From NCBI GenBank assembly GCA_045533335.1, contig JAZSHQ010000055.1, positions 1,713 through 65,712 of the forward strand: a stretch of 64,000 bases of DNA. The letters are read 5' to 3'. This document shows, in pieces, positions 61,017 through 64,000 of this stretch (its first letter is position 1; each line of letters begins with the position of its first letter). Under the pieces are notes generated by a model that was given only the letters and a program-made list of their open reading frames with translations, searched no databases and was not told the origin of the DNA. The translations under genes were made by a program, and so were the position numbers. The stretch is from Eubacteriales bacterium. Its GTDB lineage: Bacteria; Bacillota; Clostridia; Oscillospirales; CAG-382.

Positions 61017-62582
61017 TTAATGTCCACGCATTTCTATTAACGTTTCATATTTCAAACCGTATTTATCTGCAATGCTTTTGGCATAGCTTTTACCGTCGGG
61101 CAAAGTACGTAATATTTTATAATTTCTATTTCCGTTCTCATCAATATCCGCTGAAAGTGTATCGATTTTTGATTTACAAGTTTTGCAGTTATTTATCTCC
61201 GATAACATAGCAGTTAATTCATGAAGATGAGTGGAAAAGACACCTTTGCATCCGTATGCAGACATACCTTTAAGAACGTCAAGAGCAATATATTTGCCTT
61301 CCAACGCATCAGTGCTCGAAAATGTTTCGTCCATCAAAACAAGGCTATGTTCGGTTAAAGATTCAAAAATGCTTTTTACCTTCGCACACTCTTCTTCCAA
61401 CCTGCCTTTGTCTTTTGAATTTGATTTATTAGTAAAACAAACGAATACTCTATCAACAGGACTGATTTCTGCATATTTCGCGGGAACAAGAAAACCGAGT
61501 TGCGTAAAAACCTGACAAATCCCCACGGCAGAAGTAAACACACTTTTGCCGCCGCTGTTGGGACCGAGAATAAGATAAATCCGCCCATTCTCATCAAATT
61601 CAATGTCATTGAGAACGATTTTATCTTTTGACAATGCGATCAGGGGATTATACAATCCCCTAACCGAAAAAGTTTTATCCGTTTTAGGCTTAATGATTGG
61701 AACTGTTAAGGGCATTTTTGCTTCTTTTAGTTCGTTCAATATTTTTGCACCGAATAACAAATATTTTAATTCTTTAATAAGGGGCAAAAATGCTTTTGTG
61801 TTTTGTCTGAAAAAAGCTTTAACCGCAGGCTCCCATTCTTTTATAGAACCTTTAAACAATCTGTTTAAAACAGAACCGATAGCCATATCCGCAAAACGCT
61901 TTTCTTCATTTGAGAGTGATTTTGACATCACTTTTAACGGACATAGCGCATTCAAATTATCTTTTTCGCTACGATTTATAAGGTTACCAATGAAATCATT
62001 GGATACAACAGATTTATCGTTCAACGATAGTACACCGAATTCGTAAGGCGAAAAGGTTGCATCCAAATTCATCCCTATAGTTACACTTTTGACTTGGCTG
62101 ATTGCTTTTGATAGCTTTTGTGTATTTGCAACTAATTTGATAAACGCTTCATCGGTTGCTATATCGGCGACAAACTGCGCAAAATTCAGCAAAGAACAAG
62201 ATTTTATTCTCCCTTTCAGTTTTTCGGTTTTGCGATAAATCTTGTTTATAAGCTCAATATAAAGCTCGATAAGCTTAATAGAATATATTTGCCCTTCGGT
62301 TTCGTGGCTGTTATCCTTCAAACGATACAGTTCGTTTATATTTTCAAGAATAGGTAAAATTTCTTGCAACAAGTCTAAAACTTCGGGTTCGTTTAATATA
62401 TCTGCAAATATTTCTTGGCGGTATTGAATGATCTCAACATCCTCTGTCAAAAATTCGCTAATGTTAAAATCCCTGCAATAAAGATAATTTCCAAACAAGG
62501 TTTTAAAATCATCGTCATTTATGAGCAGTTGTTGGTTAAATTGATTTTTAGGGTATATAAGACTTAAATAAAGGTCATTCAT
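61017..62582 (-). CDS. MutS-related ATPase B (paralogue of A; MutS domain III/V core only)
   Basis: 521 aa. Walker A is LGPNSGGKSVF, Walker B is LVLMDETFSSTD, and STHLHEL and the tail LPDGKSYAKSIADKYGL are present. The gene is low-GC and preceded by an AAGGTGA SD. Confidence 0.85.
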   Translation of the reverse strand: MNDLYLSLIYPKNQFNQQLLINDDDFKTLFGNYLYCRDFNISEFLTEDVEIIQYRQEIFADILNEPEVLDLLQEILPILENINELYRLKDNSHETEGQIYSIKLIELYIELINKIYRKTEKLKGRIKSCSLLNFAQFVADIATDEAFIKLVANTQKLSKAISQVKSVTIGMNLDATFSPYEFGVLSLNDKSVVSNDFIGNLINRSEKDNLNALCPLKVMSKSLSNEEKRFADMAIGSVLNRLFKGSIKEWEPAVKAFFRQNTKAFLPLIKELKYLLFGAKILNELKEAKMPLTVPIIKPKTDKTFSVRGLYNPLIALSKDKIVLNDIEFDENGRIYLILGPNSGGKSVFTSAVGICQVFTQLGFLVPAKYAEISPVDRVFVCFTNKSNSKDKGRLEEECAKVKSIFESLTEHSLVLMDETFSSTDALEGKYIALDVLKGMSAYGCKGVFSTHLHELTAMLSEINNCKTCKSKIDTLSADIDENGNRNYKILRTLPDGKSYAKSIADKYGLKYETLIEMRGH

Positions 62583-62748
62583 ATCTCACCTTGAATGGAT
62601 TTTATATGGTTTATTAAACGTATATATCGCTCGCTTTCCTTTGCATTAGGCTTGATTATTGTTAATCCCAAGATCAGCGATATATGATATAACATAATTT
62701 GACTACTTATAATCTATTACAGAACTAATCTGTTAAGAAACTATTTTT

Positions 62749-64000
62749 TTAATTATAATACTGTGCCTGCGCATGCCAAAGCTCGTGGTATTTACCGTCG
62801 GTTACGGATACGAGCTCGTCATGACTACCGTACTGGATCATTTCGCCTTCGTGGAAGACAGCGATGTTATCGCAAAAACGGCAGGAAGACAGTCTATGCG
62901 AGATAAAGATTGCCGTCTTATCACCTACTACATCGCCAAAGCGTTTATATACATCTGCTTCTGCGATCGGGTCGAGTGCGGCAGTCGGCTCATCGAGGAT
63001 GAAGAACGGAGCGTCTTTATACAGCGCGCGTGCAAGTGCGACCTTTTGCAACTCGCCGCGAGAGAGGTCGACGCCGTCGTTCACAAACCAACGGTAAATG
63101 TAGGTATCGATGCCTTTGGGAAGTTCTCTTATTTTATCACCCAATCCAACACGCTCTAAGCATTCGACTACTTTTTCTCGGTCAGGGGCTTTTTGTGCAG
63201 AAACGTTATCTGCGATCGTAAATGCAAACGTGGCGAAGTCTTGAAATACAACCGAAAACAGCGAAAGGTATTCTTGATAATCGTATCTTGTAATATCAAT
63301 GCCGTTGAGTAATATTTCTCCCTCGGTGGGATCATACAGACGGCAAAGAAGCTTGATAAATGTGGTCTTACCGCTTCCGTTCATACCGACAAACGCCAAT
63401 CTTTCGCCGATACGGAACTTGAAATTAACGTTTTTAAGCGCATACGTATCTCGCCCCGGATATTTGAACGAAACATTTCTGAATTCTATTTCATACTGAT
63501 TATCGTCGCGTTTTTCTACCGAAAGCGTGCCTTGATACATCTCGTTGGGAAGGTCAATGTAATCGAATATCTTTTGTAAAAAATCATTGTTATTCCGAAG
63601 CTCGCCAAGACGCGCACCGAGGGTTGAAACCGCATTGATAAAGCGCTCTACCGTTCCGCGATAAAGAACGAAGCTGCCGATACCGAACACGCCGATATAT
63701 GCACGAGCACCGACATATATAAATAGCGCGATGTTCATAAGTGTGTTCCATACCGTGCTTATGGTGTTGTATTTCCACTGAATCTTGAAAGAGTTTTCGT
63801 TTACCTTTGGTTTTATAAAGTGCTCGCGGGTACGGCGAATCAGAAAATCCTTCATGCCCATTTGATATACGTCAGACCCGCGTCTGCCGAGCAAACGCCA
63901 TCCGCGCTTGCGCTCTGCAGAGTATTTGGTCCAGTTTTGGTCAAGCAGTACTTTTCTTCTTGCGGAAACGCGTACCTGAATGAAAATGTTAACAACAATA
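62749..64000 (-). CDS. ABC transporter, fused permease/ATP-binding protein (exporter type); 5' end beyond the right window edge
   Basis: Walker A is GMNGSGKTT, the signature is LSRGELQKVALA and Walker B is FFILDEPTAALD. I checked by hand that the frame stays open from 63894 to 64000 (…IVVNIFIQVRVSARRKVLLDQNWTKYSAERKRGWRLLGRR…), so the track start is not the true start. Confidence 0.85.
   Translation of the reverse strand, partial: IVVNIFIQVRVSARRKVLLDQNWTKYSAERKRGWRLLGRRGSDVYQMGMKDFLIRRTREHFIKPKVNENSFKIQWKYNTISTVWNTLMNIALFIYVGARAYIGVFGIGSFVLYRGTVERFINAVSTLGARLGELRNNNDFLQKIFDYIDLPNEMYQGTLSVEKRDDNQYEIEFRNVSFKYPGRDTYALKNVNFKFRIGERLAFVGMNGSGKTTFIKLLCRLYDPTEGEILLNGIDITRYDYQEYLSLFSVVFQDFATFAFTIADNVSAQKAPDREKVVECLERVGLGDKIRELPKGIDTYIYRWFVNDGVDLSRGELQKVALARALYKDAPFFILDEPTAALDPIAEADVYKRFGDVVGDKTAIFISHRLSSCRFCDNIAVFHEGEMIQYGSHDELVSVTDGKYHELWHAQAQYYN

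Noticed and set aside
59093-62582. Annotating the MutS-like genes as mutS / mutS2 mismatch-repair genes
   Set aside because: Both are ~520 aa, and I can find neither the N-terminal mismatch-binding region nor a C-terminal Smr domain by eye. They are paralogous, low-GC and interrupted by a membrane-protein gene. No mutL is adjacent.

Overview
This is a 64-kb chromosomal window whose gene content looks like a Gram-positive anaerobe of the Clostridia. The markers are a cohesin/dockerin protein, a PPi-dependent phosphofructokinase, a DUF4367-type anti-sigma factor, YitT and a B12-radical-SAM enzyme; the taxon is inference only. I call about 63 protein-coding genes, two of them cut by the window edges. 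I recognised no rRNA, tRNA, CRISPR array, transposase or integrase. Most of the window is housekeeping or envelope function: polA, rsmI, the rfbABDC dTDP-rhamnose genes plus a GT2, pfp, a galactokinase-like kinase, thiamine diphosphokinase, an OmpR/HK two-component system, an ECF sigma/anti-sigma pair, ABC exporters, and many secreted proteins and lipoproteins. Several promoters match TTGACA-17-TATAAT and there are many rho-independent hairpins.

The most unusual content is at the right end. A high-GC pfp gene is flanked on both sides by low-GC inserts:
- **MutS-like cassette (59093-62582).** A tight three-gene operon encodes two diverged paralogous MutS-core (domain III/V only) ATPases around a 100-aa membrane protein.
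- **TIR gene (56161-57006).** A stand-alone zinc-ribbon-TIR gene has its own consensus promoter and terminator.

Neither fits a described system that I can name.

Other points of interest:
- a duplicated secreted-protein gene with a co-duplicated upstream region next to the two-component system;
- a dispersed family of hairpin and heptamer extragenic repeats placed immediately after stop codons;
- a textbook MerR-type 19-bp-spacer promoter driving merR plus two small zinc-ribbon membrane proteins, one apparently frameshifted;
- an HTH-TPR / P-loop / duplicated membrane-protein operon.

All GC values are hand counts of a few 60-nt lines and are only approximate. All family names come from motif recognition by eye, not from searches.
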